Below are positions 53,267 to 62,927 of a DNA stretch of 64,000 nucleotides, piece by piece. The first letter of the stretch is position 1, and every line of letters starts with the position of its first letter. The position numbers were made by a program, and so were the translations under genes. The notes under the pieces were generated by a model, which did no database searches, had not been told where the DNA came from, and saw only the letters and a program-made list of their open reading frames with translations. Origin of the DNA: Candidatus Moanibacter sp. (GTDB lineage: Bacteria; Verrucomicrobiota; Verrucomicrobiia; Opitutales; UBA2987). Location of the stretch: contig CBDCEW010000104.1 in assembly GCA_965215885.1 (NCBI GenBank), forward strand, positions 192,001-256,000, in the 5' to 3' direction.

Positions 53267-53714
53267 ATCGGAGGTCCGACTCCCGGCACCGACTTTGACC
53301 TGCTCGATGTTACAGGCGCCGTCAACCTGGATGGAACCCTGAATGTTTCCCTCATCGGTGGCTATACACCGATGACATCAGACAGCTATGGGATTATCCC
53401 GAATCCCAGTTCGGTAAATGGAAGTTTCGCGACGGAGAATTTTCCTTCGTAAGCGACCGTGTCCGCCCTCTCGTTTTTTCTCCCATCCCATAATCATATC
53501 ACGGTCGGCATCTTTGCGCTACAAGGTCGTTGCCCGGTCGCTTACGAGCTACCAGTTTGGTTGCCCGTTCGACAGGACTTCGACGAGCTCAGTCAAGTCG
53601 CTCAGGTCCTTGATCCCGTTCAGCGGGAGCAGGATGGCCCCAGTTGCTTTAGGATTGCAACAGGGGGATCGCTATCCACGATCACCTTTGGAGAATCAGA
53701 CTTGGCTGACGATC

Positions 53715-54524
53715 ATGAAAATCCTGGTAACCGGTGCTTTAGGTCTCGTTGGGGGAGTCGTGTATCGCCACCTCACGGGCTCGCTCAAAAATTTCGATGT
53801 TTTCGCCCTCGGCCGCAGGCGAGGCCATTCCGAGCGGACCGACGAGCAGACCCGGGTTACGGTCCCGGTGGACCGTCTCATTGTATCGGATCTATCGAAT
53901 CTTGAAGAGCTCACGGAATTGCTGAGCGGCTTCGAATGTGTCGTTCATATGGCCGCCTACCCCCGCGCTGAGGCGCCTTGGGAGAGCATTTCGACAAGCA
54001 ATATTCTCTCTTCCTACAATGTTTTCGAAGCTGGAAACCGGGCGGGATTGAAACGCGTCGTCTACGCGAGCACTGTTATGGTTTCGTGGGGTTACTACGA
54101 CGATGAACCGTATACGGCTTTGAGGAGAAAGGAATATAATGACCGGACGGCGAATCCGCCCAAGATCAAGACGACTGATCCAGTGCGACCGACGTGCCTC
54201 TACGCGAGCAGCAAGGTATTTGGGGAGGCGTTGGCGCGCACTTATGCCTCTGAGAGTGACTTATCCTGCCTCTGCGTGCGTATTGGCGCTGTAAACGCCG
54301 AGAATAAACCAGCTCCGGAATATCAGGATGTCTGGTGCAGTCACCGCGACATCGCTCAAATTGTGGAGAGATGTGTCCTGGCGCCTGAGGACCTGAGATT
54401 TGGGATATTCTACGGTGTCTCCGAGAGTCCGCGGAGATGGGTGGATATCGATAGTGCTGCTGAAAAGTTGGGTTATATGCCGCAGGATGATGCGGGTCAG
54501 TTTTTAAGTCCAAACGGCTCCTAG
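53715..54524 (+). CDS. NAD-dependent epimerase/dehydratase (uronate dehydrogenase-like)
   Basis: MKILVTGALGLVG, VVHMAA, YASSK, VRIG and WCSHRD motifs. Confidence 0.88.
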   Translation: MKILVTGALGLVGGVVYRHLTGSLKNFDVFALGRRRGHSERTDEQTRVTVPVDRLIVSDLSNLEELTELLSGFECVVHMAAYPRAEAPWESISTSNILSSYNVFEAGNRAGLKRVVYASTVMVSWGYYDDEPYTALRRKEYNDRTANPPKIKTTDPVRPTCLYASSKVFGEALARTYASESDLSCLCVRIGAVNAENKPAPEYQDVWCSHRDIAQIVERCVLAPEDLRFGIFYGVSESPRRWVDIDSAAEKLGYMPQDDAGQFLSPNGS

Positions 54525-54572
54525 GGTAGAGAAAACGGGGCATGTTCAACTTTTTACTCTGCTGAAAAACCA

Positions 54573-54645
54573 CCACGTTCTTGCGAACACGGCTACTGTG
54601 ATTCGTAAGTCGTTGATATATGTAGCCGCGTTCGCAAGAACGTGG
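54573..54645. repeat. GTAG-type REP doublet
   Basis: CCACGTTCTTGCGAACACGGCTAC ... GTAGCCGCGTTCGCAAGAACGTGG; same 73-bp span as the 48176 copy with a different spacer. Confidence 0.85.
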
Positions 54646-54713
54646 TCGCCAATATCGAAACGGCGACACTTTCAACAGAACCATTCTTGAGCTCTTTCTT
54701 TTTTCCATACGAT

Positions 54714-55739
54714 ATGACCTCAGATCTGCAGCCGCTGCCCCGCAGGCGATTTTTAGAGAATGGGCTTGCCGCCCTCGCTGGAATCAGCCTGGGTCCACTG
54801 TTTATCACGGGTGCAGAGGCGAAAGATGGCTCTTCCACGCTACCCTTAGATAGGAGCAGGATCAAAGTCCTGCTCGATTCAGATATCGGCAGTGACATCG
54901 ATGACGCCACCTGTCTCGCCTACTTGCTGGCGCAGCCGAGGTGTGAGTTGATGGGAGTTACGATTGTGACGGGCGAATCAGTGCGCCGTGCCGAACTGGC
55001 CAGCAGCCTCTGTCGCGCTGCCGGAGCGGATATTCCCATCTACCCGGGTGCGGAAAAACCGTTGTTGGTCTCCCAACGACAACCAGTGGCTGAACAAGCA
55101 GTGCTTCTGGGAGATATTTCAAGAAAGCGTAATTTTCCTCAGGGCCAGGCGGTGGATTTCGCGCGCGATGTGATTAGGTCACATCCGGGTGAGATTGAGC
55201 TTCTGGCGGTGGGTCCCCTCACCAACATCGCTCTGCTATTCGCCAGCGACCCGGAAATTTCTGGCCTGCTTCGTGGATTGACTTTGATGTGCGGGAAATT
55301 TGTGGACTACCCTTCGCCTTGGGGTTTGACGGAATGGAATGCGGTGCTCGATCCGCACGCCACCGCGATCACCTATCGCCACAAATGCCGCCGGCACCGG
55401 TCGGTCGGGCTCGACGTTACGCTCCAGGTGGCGATGAAGCCGGAGTCGGTCGCGGAACGATTCGGGCGCCATCCGCTCCTGCAGCTTGTCCATCGGTTCT
55501 CGCGGGATTGGTTTGAGCGCCGCGAATTGCTGCATTTTCACGATGCCCTTGCCGCAATCTCATTGTTTAACGAAGATGTGTGTGCCTTCGTGCCTGGTCA
55601 GGTGCGGGTCGCTCTCGACGCCGGGGATGAGCTGGGTCGTACCCTTTGGAATCGAACCGATGCGGGTGGCCCTCATGAAGTGGCACTCAAAGTAGATCCG
55701 GAGCTCTTCTTCAAGGAGTATTTCTCGGTCTTCAGCTAG
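54714..55739 (+). CDS. Nucleoside hydrolase with twin-arginine (Tat) signal
   Basis: PRRRFL signal, DSDIGSDIDD, VGPLTNIA, EWN...DP and HD motifs. Confidence 0.9.
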   Translation: MTSDLQPLPRRRFLENGLAALAGISLGPLFITGAEAKDGSSTLPLDRSRIKVLLDSDIGSDIDDATCLAYLLAQPRCELMGVTIVTGESVRRAELASSLCRAAGADIPIYPGAEKPLLVSQRQPVAEQAVLLGDISRKRNFPQGQAVDFARDVIRSHPGEIELLAVGPLTNIALLFASDPEISGLLRGLTLMCGKFVDYPSPWGLTEWNAVLDPHATAITYRHKCRRHRSVGLDVTLQVAMKPESVAERFGRHPLLQLVHRFSRDWFERRELLHFHDALAAISLFNEDVCAFVPGQVRVALDAGDELGRTLWNRTDAGGPHEVALKVDPELFFKEYFSVFS

Positions 55740-55774
55740 GAATCTGTCGGACTTCGCTTAGCGATTTAGAGAAA

Positions 55775-57381
55775 ATGAAAGTCCTCGCAGGAATCTGTCG
55801 CCTCCTAACGATCCTTTCAGTATCTTCTGCTTGGCCAGCTGCTACAAACGCAAATGCAGGAAGAATACAGGCCGATGGCGGTACGGAGAGTCTTTTCTCA
55901 AGACCGGTTCGATTTTTCTCTAACGGACAGGAGTTGGGAGAGGCATCAAGCCTCTCCGTGGCAGTGGGTGATCTCGACGGGGACGGAGATCTCGATGCGG
56001 TGGTGGGGAACATAGGCCTCAATCGTGTTTGGCGCAATAACGGCCATGGGCGATTTCAGCGAACGAGAGGGAATCTCGGAGGGGAATGGACCTACGGCAT
56101 CGGACTGCACGATCTCGATGGGGACGGAGATCTCGATGTCTACGCTGCAAATTATGGGAGTGCGGACACCGTCTGGCTTAACACGGGTGGCGGCCGTTTC
56201 GTTAGAAGCGCGCAGAATTTCGTTGCGGCCAGGAGCATGGCCGTTGCCCTGGGTGATCTCGACGGCGATGGCGATGCGGATGCCCTGGTTGGCACAAACG
56301 GGGAAGGGGGTCGCATCCTGCTCAATGCGGGAAACGGTATCTTCGAGGAGAGCACAGGCCGTCTCGGCGATGCCCCCACCTATGGAGTGGCCCTGGGCGA
56401 TCTTGACGGAGATGGCGATCTCGATGCGATCTTCGCGAATAACGGGGTTGTTAGTGAGTTTTGGATAAATGACGGAGAAGGGCGATTCATTCCATGTGCG
56501 GTCGTATCCGGGAATACGTTCGCGGCTACGAAATCCTGGGGGGTAGCGCTGGGGGATCTCGACGGAGACGGAGACCTCGACGCGGTATTTGCCAACGACG
56601 GACCCAATACGATTTGGTACAACGATGGGCGAGCCGGTTTCCAGGAAATCAATGTCTCGAAGGAGGGAGGATCGACTTTCGACATCGCGTTAAGTGATGT
56701 GGATGGCAATGAGTCCCTCGACATCTTCGCGGCGAACTACTACCATCCGTCTGGAACCGTTTCACTTTCCACTGGCGACCGCCGATTTTTGATGTTTCGG
56801 AGAATTTCCTCAGCGAAAGCCATTTCGGGATCGCTCTGGGAGACTTCGATGGAGATGGAGATCAGGATGCATGGGTAGCGAATCGCAATGGTCCCAACCG
56901 CGTGTGGATAAACGGGGGATTGTCGCCGGATCCTGCGGGATCTGTTCAGCGGGCGCCAAACTTCATCGTCGTTCTCGCAGATGACCTCGGTTACGGTGAT
57001 GTCGGTCCATTCGGAGCCGAGGATGTTCAGACACCCAACCTGGATCGTCTCGCCCGCGAGGGCATCAAACTTACGAGCTTTTACGCGCAACCCGTGTGTG
57101 CACCCTCGCGCCGCGCTTATGACCGGGAGCTATCCGATTCGCGTGGCGGAGCCGGGAAATCGGAAGGGTTATCGCATTATCCTTCATCCGGAAGAAATTA
57201 CGATCGCGGAGGTTTTAAAATCCGGCGGTTACGCCACAGCCTGCATTGGGAATTGGTAGAGCGTGCCCGGGCAGATCTCGGCGATTACAATCGAGTCGGT
57301 GATGGCGCCCGCTTCTTCGATCCGGGTCCTAAACGACCCGACATCGATGCATGGCGAAAAAGCGAATCAGGAGAAAAGTAA
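55775..57381 (+). pseudogene. FG-GAP/VCBS repeat protein fused to an internally deleted sulfatase
   Basis: Seven GDLDGDGDLD-type repeats (frameshift in a T5 run at ~56786), then [20 protein letters not shown](AALMTG) and [10 protein letters not shown] followed directly by a C-terminal tail. Confidence 0.8.
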
Positions 57382-57413
57382 CGGCCCGCAGGCGTAGTCC
57401 CGACTTGCCGGGA

Positions 57414-57585
57414 CTAGAGACAAGAAAATGAAACTGAATTTTGGTGTAAGCGAACTCCATGCATGCTCGCAATGCGCTGATCAGGGCCAAATTGTCTCTT
57501 TCCCGGAAAAAGTCATGCACTTTCAATGTCAAGAATAGATTAGGTGAGTCAATGCACCCCCAAAATTCAGTTTCATTTTCTTCAG
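57414..57585. mobile_element. ~170-bp MITE-like element with a perfect 23-bp IR
   Basis: AAGAAAATGAAACTGAATTTTGG (57422) / CCAAAATTCAGTTTCATTTTCTT (57560). The same left end occurs at 34652. Confidence 0.7.
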
Positions 57586-57586
57586 A

Positions 57587-57680
57587 GGAATCTGTCGGTT
57601 CCATCTCAGCCGGGATCTCGAGCCGTCGCCTAATTATCCGTACCTCAGAGATGTTTCGAAAGGCAAGTCCGACAGATTCC
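57587..57680. mobile_element. 94-bp element of the GGAATCTGTCGG family
   Basis: GGAATCTGTCGGTT ... AAGTCCGACAGATTCC followed by TAG. Confidence 0.7.
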
Positions 57681-58639
57681 TAGTTTTCCTCCAGAATCTC
57701 GTGTTCTTTGGATTCGGGATTCGTGTAGGACCCCTCAAAGGCTTCTCCGGTAGAAACGGTTTCCGGTTCCATGGCATCTTCCGGTATGCGCGCGATCACT
57801 TCCAATACGATGGGAACTGCTTGTTTAGTGATGCGCTGGACACTTTTCTGCATATCCACAAAACTGAATGGACGGACCCCTACAGCGGGATTGGCAATCG
57901 AGCAGAGAGCGGCAAAACGAATGCCGAGTTGGCGCGCATAGGTGGTAGCGGTGGTGATATTTTCACTGCAAAGGTCGCCACCCAGGATACGCATAGCGCG
58001 AACCTCAGCTGCCGTCTCGAAGCGATCGGGGTTGTGTTGCACAAAAACGCCCTGTTCGTGAAACTTCCCCGTATAACCCTTCTGAACCTTGCGCCCCTCC
58101 TCGATCAGAAGCCGGCGAAGCGATGGGCTGTAGGGCTGCGCGTAATTGGTGAAGATACCTGGCCTTTCCATACCTGCGAATCTCAAAATGTTTCCAGGTC
58201 GCGTATTTTCCATTTCCATAAAATCGTGCACCACCACTAAGTCGTCATAGTCGTAGTCGGTTCGGATTCCACCTGAACTTGCCCCGCCGATTACGTGTGT
58301 CACACCCAGCTTATAGAGGGCCAACCAGCAGCGAATGTGCCCGATGCCTTCCAATTCACCCGGCATTTCGGCTTCATAGCCATAGAAACGGATGTAGTAG
58401 AAGGGAACGCCCTTATACCGCATCCGGTAGATAGGAGGGCTCTTTCCTTTCTTTGTTTCGATGGTGAACACGCCTTCTTCCTCTACCAGGCCTTTCCCAA
58501 AGGCAGTGGGGTCACCAAAAGTGGTGCCGCCTACAACTGCGATAAAGACTTCCTTATCATCAATCCCTTCTTCCGCATTAGTAGCGAGTTGAAGAGAAAT
58601 TATCAAAGGAAACACTAATAAGCTCTTATATCCATTCAT
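57680..58639 (-). CDS. MTAP-like purine nucleoside phosphorylase family protein with a probable signal peptide
   Basis: IAVVGGT, LYKLGV, SSGGI, RFETAAEVRA...LGGD and IANPA motifs; hydrophobic N-terminus ending TNA. Confidence 0.8.
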   Translation of the reverse strand: MNGYKSLLVFPLIISLQLATNAEEGIDDKEVFIAVVGGTTFGDPTAFGKGLVEEEGVFTIETKKGKSPPIYRMRYKGVPFYYIRFYGYEAEMPGELEGIGHIRCWLALYKLGVTHVIGGASSGGIRTDYDYDDLVVVHDFMEMENTRPGNILRFAGMERPGIFTNYAQPYSPSLRRLLIEEGRKVQKGYTGKFHEQGVFVQHNPDRFETAAEVRAMRILGGDLCSENITTATTYARQLGIRFAALCSIANPAVGVRPFSFVDMQKSVQRITKQAVPIVLEVIARIPEDAMEPETVSTGEAFEGSYTNPESKEHEILEEN

Positions 58640-58886
58640 GAGAGAGAACATTGTGATGAATCATTCGGAACACGAGTAGTTTTTGTCATTATCCTTCGAT
58701 TCAGCGCGACCACGGTCGAAGCACAAGGGTTAAACTCGGTGTTACCCTGTCCTGGCGAACCGGGGCAGCCAGTAATCAAAGACACGCTAATCACGTACAA
58801 GCCGGGACGGGGGTTTTCATTAATCTTGCAACTGCTATCCATCCGTAATCAGGTAGGCTTATTAGATATATACCCCAAATTCCATA

Positions 58887-59987
58887 ATGATGAAAGCGGC
58901 AGTGCTACATGAGGTGGGAGGACCATTTGTTATCGAGGATCTGACTTTGCAAGAACCCGGTGCCGGGGAAGTCTTGGTCCGGATGGTCGCTGCAGGCATT
59001 TGCCACAGCGACTGGCATTTCGTTACCGGAGCGCTCCAGCGTCCGTTTCCCGTCGTGCTCGGTCATGAAGGGGCTGGGGTTGTTGAGGAAGTAGGCGCGG
59101 GGGTGACGCGGGTCAGGCCGGGCGACCATGTCATTCTTAATTGGTCGCCTGATTGCGGCTCCTGCTTCTACTGCAAGCGGGGCAGGAACAACCTTTGCGA
59201 GAGGTTTCTTAGAGCCCGGCGCGGGGGAACCTTAATGGATGGCACTACGCGTTTGCAGTTGGGAAATGAGATGGTCCATCAGTTTTCCACGGTGTCCACT
59301 TTTGCCGAATACGGTGTCACCGATGAAGCGTCATGCGTGGCGATTGAACGGGACGTGCCCTTTGAAGTTGGCGCCGTAGTGGGGTGTGCGGTGATGACTG
59401 GGTTCGGTGCAGTGATGAATACGGTGCAGGTGCGGGCCGACGATAGCGTGGCCGTCTACGGTTGCGGCGGCATAGGTCTGAATATCCTGCAGGGTGCCGC
59501 ACTCTGCGGCGCGGAACCCATCATCGCCGTCGATCGAGTGCCGGAAAAACTGAACACGGCCCGTGGCTTTGGGGCCACCCATGCGATTGAGGCTGGAGAA
59601 GAGACCGTGGAGGAAATACGGTCCCTGACGGAGGGACGGGGCGCCGATTATGTCTATGAGGCGGTCGGTCTTCCGGTGTTGCAGGAGGAGGCATTCGAGG
59701 CGGTGCGACCCGGTGGAGACCTCATCATTGTCGGAGTGGCGCCGAGGGATTCGACGGCGCGGTTCTCAACATTTGCCGTGCATGCGCAGGAAAAGCGGGT
59801 GGTGGGTTGTCTTTATGGGACCGCCAATACCCGGCGCGACTTCCCTCTCATCCTCGATCTTTACAAGAAGGGCAAGTTGAAGCTGGACGAGTTGATCTCA
59901 CGCAAGTACCGCCTGGAGGATATCAACACCGCATATGAAGATCTACTTAACGGCGAGATCAACCGAGGCGTCATTGTCTACAGCTAA
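58887..59987 (+). CDS. Zn-dependent alcohol dehydrogenase (class III-like)
   Basis: GICHSD, GHEGAG, structural C..C..C......C, GCAVMTG and GCGGIG motifs. Confidence 0.93.
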   Translation: MMKAAVLHEVGGPFVIEDLTLQEPGAGEVLVRMVAAGICHSDWHFVTGALQRPFPVVLGHEGAGVVEEVGAGVTRVRPGDHVILNWSPDCGSCFYCKRGRNNLCERFLRARRGGTLMDGTTRLQLGNEMVHQFSTVSTFAEYGVTDEASCVAIERDVPFEVGAVVGCAVMTGFGAVMNTVQVRADDSVAVYGCGGIGLNILQGAALCGAEPIIAVDRVPEKLNTARGFGATHAIEAGEETVEEIRSLTEGRGADYVYEAVGLPVLQEEAFEAVRPGGDLIIVGVAPRDSTARFSTFAVHAQEKRVVGCLYGTANTRRDFPLILDLYKKGKLKLDELISRKYRLEDINTAYEDLLNGEINRGVIVYS

Positions 59988-60016
59988 CAGCCTTTCGGAC
60001 AAAGTCCGACAGACTC

Positions 60017-60385
60017 CTAGCCCGATCTCATGAATGATTCCAATTCAGGGAGCGCGGCTGCTACCGCACCTTGATCGACCCTCTCCGCTACGCTATCGTA
60101 TCCCGCCTGGCGGATCATGGGTTGCAGTTGGCTACTTAGCTGCTCAAGTGTCCAGGCGATCGGATCCGGAACCTCATCTTTACCGAGTTCGTGCATATCG
60201 TTTTTTCCGTAGGGATCATAGTGGTAATGCGGGCTCTTGCGAAAGCAGTCAAATCGCAGTACCTCTACTTCCTTCCCATCGAGTTCAGCCAGGACACGGA
60301 GGGCGGGACCGCCGTCATCCCCAAAGGTTCGGTGCTCCACTCCGAGTTGAATACTACCAGCGTCGAATTTCAGTTCTTTTGTCAT
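60017..60385 (-). CDS. Conserved hypothetical protein
   Basis: EVLRFDCFRKSPHYHYDP...DPIAWTL...MIRQAGY is a protein-like motif. Confidence 0.75.
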   Translation of the reverse strand: MTKELKFDAGSIQLGVEHRTFGDDGGPALRVLAELDGKEVEVLRFDCFRKSPHYHYDPYGKNDMHELGKDEVPDPIAWTLEQLSSQLQPMIRQAGYDSVAERVDQGAVAAALPELESFMRSG

Positions 60386-60525
60386 AACGGAACGAGGTTC
60401 TATTTTTTCTCCTGGTTGCCTGCAAGCCGAATTCAATCAGCAATTCTATCGAAAACTGATCCAGGACGATCCACTTACAACATCGGTGCGTTGGCTGTAG
60501 TATTAGTCCGGGCATTTTCTGACAT

Positions 60526-61505
60526 TCAGTAAGCATGCGTTCGATCTCGGCGACGAGCCAATTCGCTGGCATATTGCAAACCGAGCGTATCGCTGTGTTG
60601 CTTTGCCCAATCCGAAAGCTTTGTCGTTCCCAGAGGCGTTGATTCGACATGGAGTAGCCCCTCCATGAGTCCTTTGATTTCGAACTGCGTTACTATGACA
60701 TCATTCAAAAATTTGCCCATCATCCAGGCGAAGAAATAGGCCAGAAACGGGGGCATGGGGATAAGAGGCCTTTCCCTGGCGATGACTCGACCGATCGTTC
60801 CGACCAGTTCCCGATATGTAAACGTTTGAGGCCCTATGGCATCGATGATCACATTCTCACGCGTCTCGCCCTCTCCGATAGCCAAGTCGGCGAGATCCTC
60901 CACGAAGACCGGTTGAAGTCGATAACGACCAAGTCGGCGAGATCCTCCACGAAGACCGGTTGAAGTCGATAACGACCGTGTCCAAAGAGTCCAAAAAGGG
61001 GAAATCGGCGCAAGGCCCAAGCAATGTTGTTAATGAGAATGTCCTCCTTTCCGAAAAGCACCGCGGGCCTTAGCACTGCGTGGGATATTCCCTTCTCTTT
61101 CAGCACTCTTTCAAGCGTTGCCTTCCCCTTGAAGTACTCCAGCTCTGAATCCTCGGATGGGTTCGTAATGCTGATGTGGACAATTCGTTCGAGTCCGGCT
61201 TCCTTCGCCGCTTGAAACAGGATCTTCGTATTCCTGACTGCGTCGGCGTAAGAGCATTCCCGGCGGTTAAAACGAACCCAGTAGGTGTTGTAAAGGACTC
61301 TCACACCTTTCAGGGATTCTGTAAGCAGATCCGGTCTGTCGAAATTGAATGGATAGGCCTCTACTTTTCCGCCGAATGGGTTTTTCCGGTTCGTCGAATT
61401 GGTCAATGTTATCACCTTGTGGCCTCTGGCGAGAAGTTTATCTGCAATATACTTTCCGGAATAACCGTATGCGCCCGTTACGCAGTGAATGTTCTTGCTG
61501 GTCAT
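60526..61505 (-). pseudogene. NAD(P)H-binding SDR protein (NDUFA9-like), frameshifted by a 47-bp tandem duplication
   Basis: VTGAYGYSG, LYNTYWVRF, HISITNP, YFKGK and QPVFVEDLA. Duplication 60882..60928 = 60929..60975. Confidence 0.85.
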
Positions 61506-61769
61506 GTTTGCCGGTCCGGAGTGGGATAGTATAGGCGAATTGGGCAAAAAGCTACCGCTTCCCTCCAAAGTTTCTCGTTTGTTACTGACGGTAGCCGTAG
61601 CGGTGTTTCAGGACTCAGCGTTACTACAGGTGAGATGGAGAGTCGGTTGTTGGCTGATCCGTGAGGACGCTAATTTAATCTCCGTTATTATACATTTTTG
61701 TTAAATATATAATGAGAGAGTGTTCCCGATTTATCAGGGGAATGGTGCGACTTATCGAACAGCCTTTAT

Positions 61770-62927
61770 TTAGGTCGGAAGGATTCCGAAACCGACTTTT
61801 TCCCAATACGGCGAAAGGTCCACCACCTCTCCGTTATCTATGGCGTCATCGATGGCGAAGCAAGTGACGGCAGCTCTAATACCCTCCTCGATACCCACTG
61901 TCGGGACTATGCCGCGCAACATGCTTTCGGCGAGCTCCCGACACAATATATCATCGCCCCCGCCATGGCCGCCACTGACTCCCGAAGAAGCATCCTCGAT
62001 CGTGGTCTCAAAGCCGATTCTCTGGACCTCGATTGTGCCCTGGAGAACATCGGCTCGAATTGCTCCTCTCGAACCAAGAATGTACATTCTGCGTTCCGGA
62101 ATTCCGGCATTGCAATTCGTGTGGAAGCATGCGCGAACCCCGTTGGCGTATTCAATAATGGCGACCTGGTTGTCGACAATGTCTTTGTCGGAAGTGAAGG
62201 GATTCAACTTATCGAGACCACGCCAGGTGGAGTAGGCGTCGCGCCCCTCTTCGTCCTTGCCGATCCTCTCGACGTGACCCGCGTTCTCAGGACGAAAAAA
62301 GTTGAGACCGCCAAAGGAGGCGACTCGTCGGGCGGAGCTGTCCACCATCCAGTTTGCGAGATCGATGTCATGACAACACTTCTCCAGGATGTGCGTGCCG
62401 GCATTCTTCCGTAGTCTTCTCCAGTTTCCCAGAATGTAGCCACCGTGATTAAAATTGAGAGTCTCATTGAACTCCATACTGACAATCTCGCCTACACTAC
62501 CGGCCTCCAGCAGTTCTTTGATCTTTCTGTAGTGAGGGGAGTAGCGAAGCGAAAAACCGATGTTGAACATCCTTCCACTTTTTCGCCAGCTGTCGTAGAT
62601 AGCTTTGCAATCCTCAAGCGTGGTAGCAATTGGCTTCTGACAGAAGACATGCTTTCCTGATTCGAAGGCGGCCACGGTCTGTTCTTTGTGGAAGCAATTC
62701 CACGAAGCGATCATGACCCAGTCGACTTCCGGCGATTTGACCAGGGAGACGTAGTCTTCGTGTACGGTGGGTCGGTCTTCGATCCTTTCCAGTGCATTTT
62801 CGATTGATCGAGGGTCCGGGTCGTAGAGTCCCCGCACCTCGAAACGCGAGTCGATCGCCAGGACCCTGTTCAGAATCGCCATTCCCATTCCCCCGCATCC
62901 GATCACTCCAATCCCGATCTGTTTCAT
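61770..62927 (-). CDS. Gfo/Idh/MocA family oxidoreductase
   Basis: IGVIGCGGMG, HVFCQKP, EKCCHDID and GHGGGD motifs. Confidence 0.92.
   Translation of the reverse strand: MKQIGIGVIGCGGMGMAILNRVLAIDSRFEVRGLYDPDPRSIENALERIEDRPTVHEDYVSLVKSPEVDWVMIASWNCFHKEQTVAAFESGKHVFCQKPIATTLEDCKAIYDSWRKSGRMFNIGFSLRYSPHYRKIKELLEAGSVGEIVSMEFNETLNFNHGGYILGNWRRLRKNAGTHILEKCCHDIDLANWMVDSSARRVASFGGLNFFRPENAGHVERIGKDEEGRDAYSTWRGLDKLNPFTSDKDIVDNQVAIIEYANGVRACFHTNCNAGIPERRMYILGSRGAIRADVLQGTIEVQRIGFETTIEDASSGVSGGHGGGDDILCRELAESMLRGIVPTVGIEEGIRAAVTCFAIDDAIDNGEVVDLSPYWEKVGFGILPT

Larger units (their letters stand above)
48576..53452 (+). pseudogene. Large exported Gly/Thr/Asn-rich beta-strand repeat (autotransporter passenger-like) protein interrupted by an ISAs1 element
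   Basis: WDGSVDNDW....NW N-terminus, repeated LDWTGG and FNN..GALFEI motifs. NIEIGGP|TPGTDFDLLDVTG continues after the IS (53267..53452). Confidence 0.85.

Noticed and set aside
53418..53714. N-terminal extension of the epimerase ORF
   Set aside because: It runs through palindromic repeats. The Rossmann motif starts at ATG 53715.
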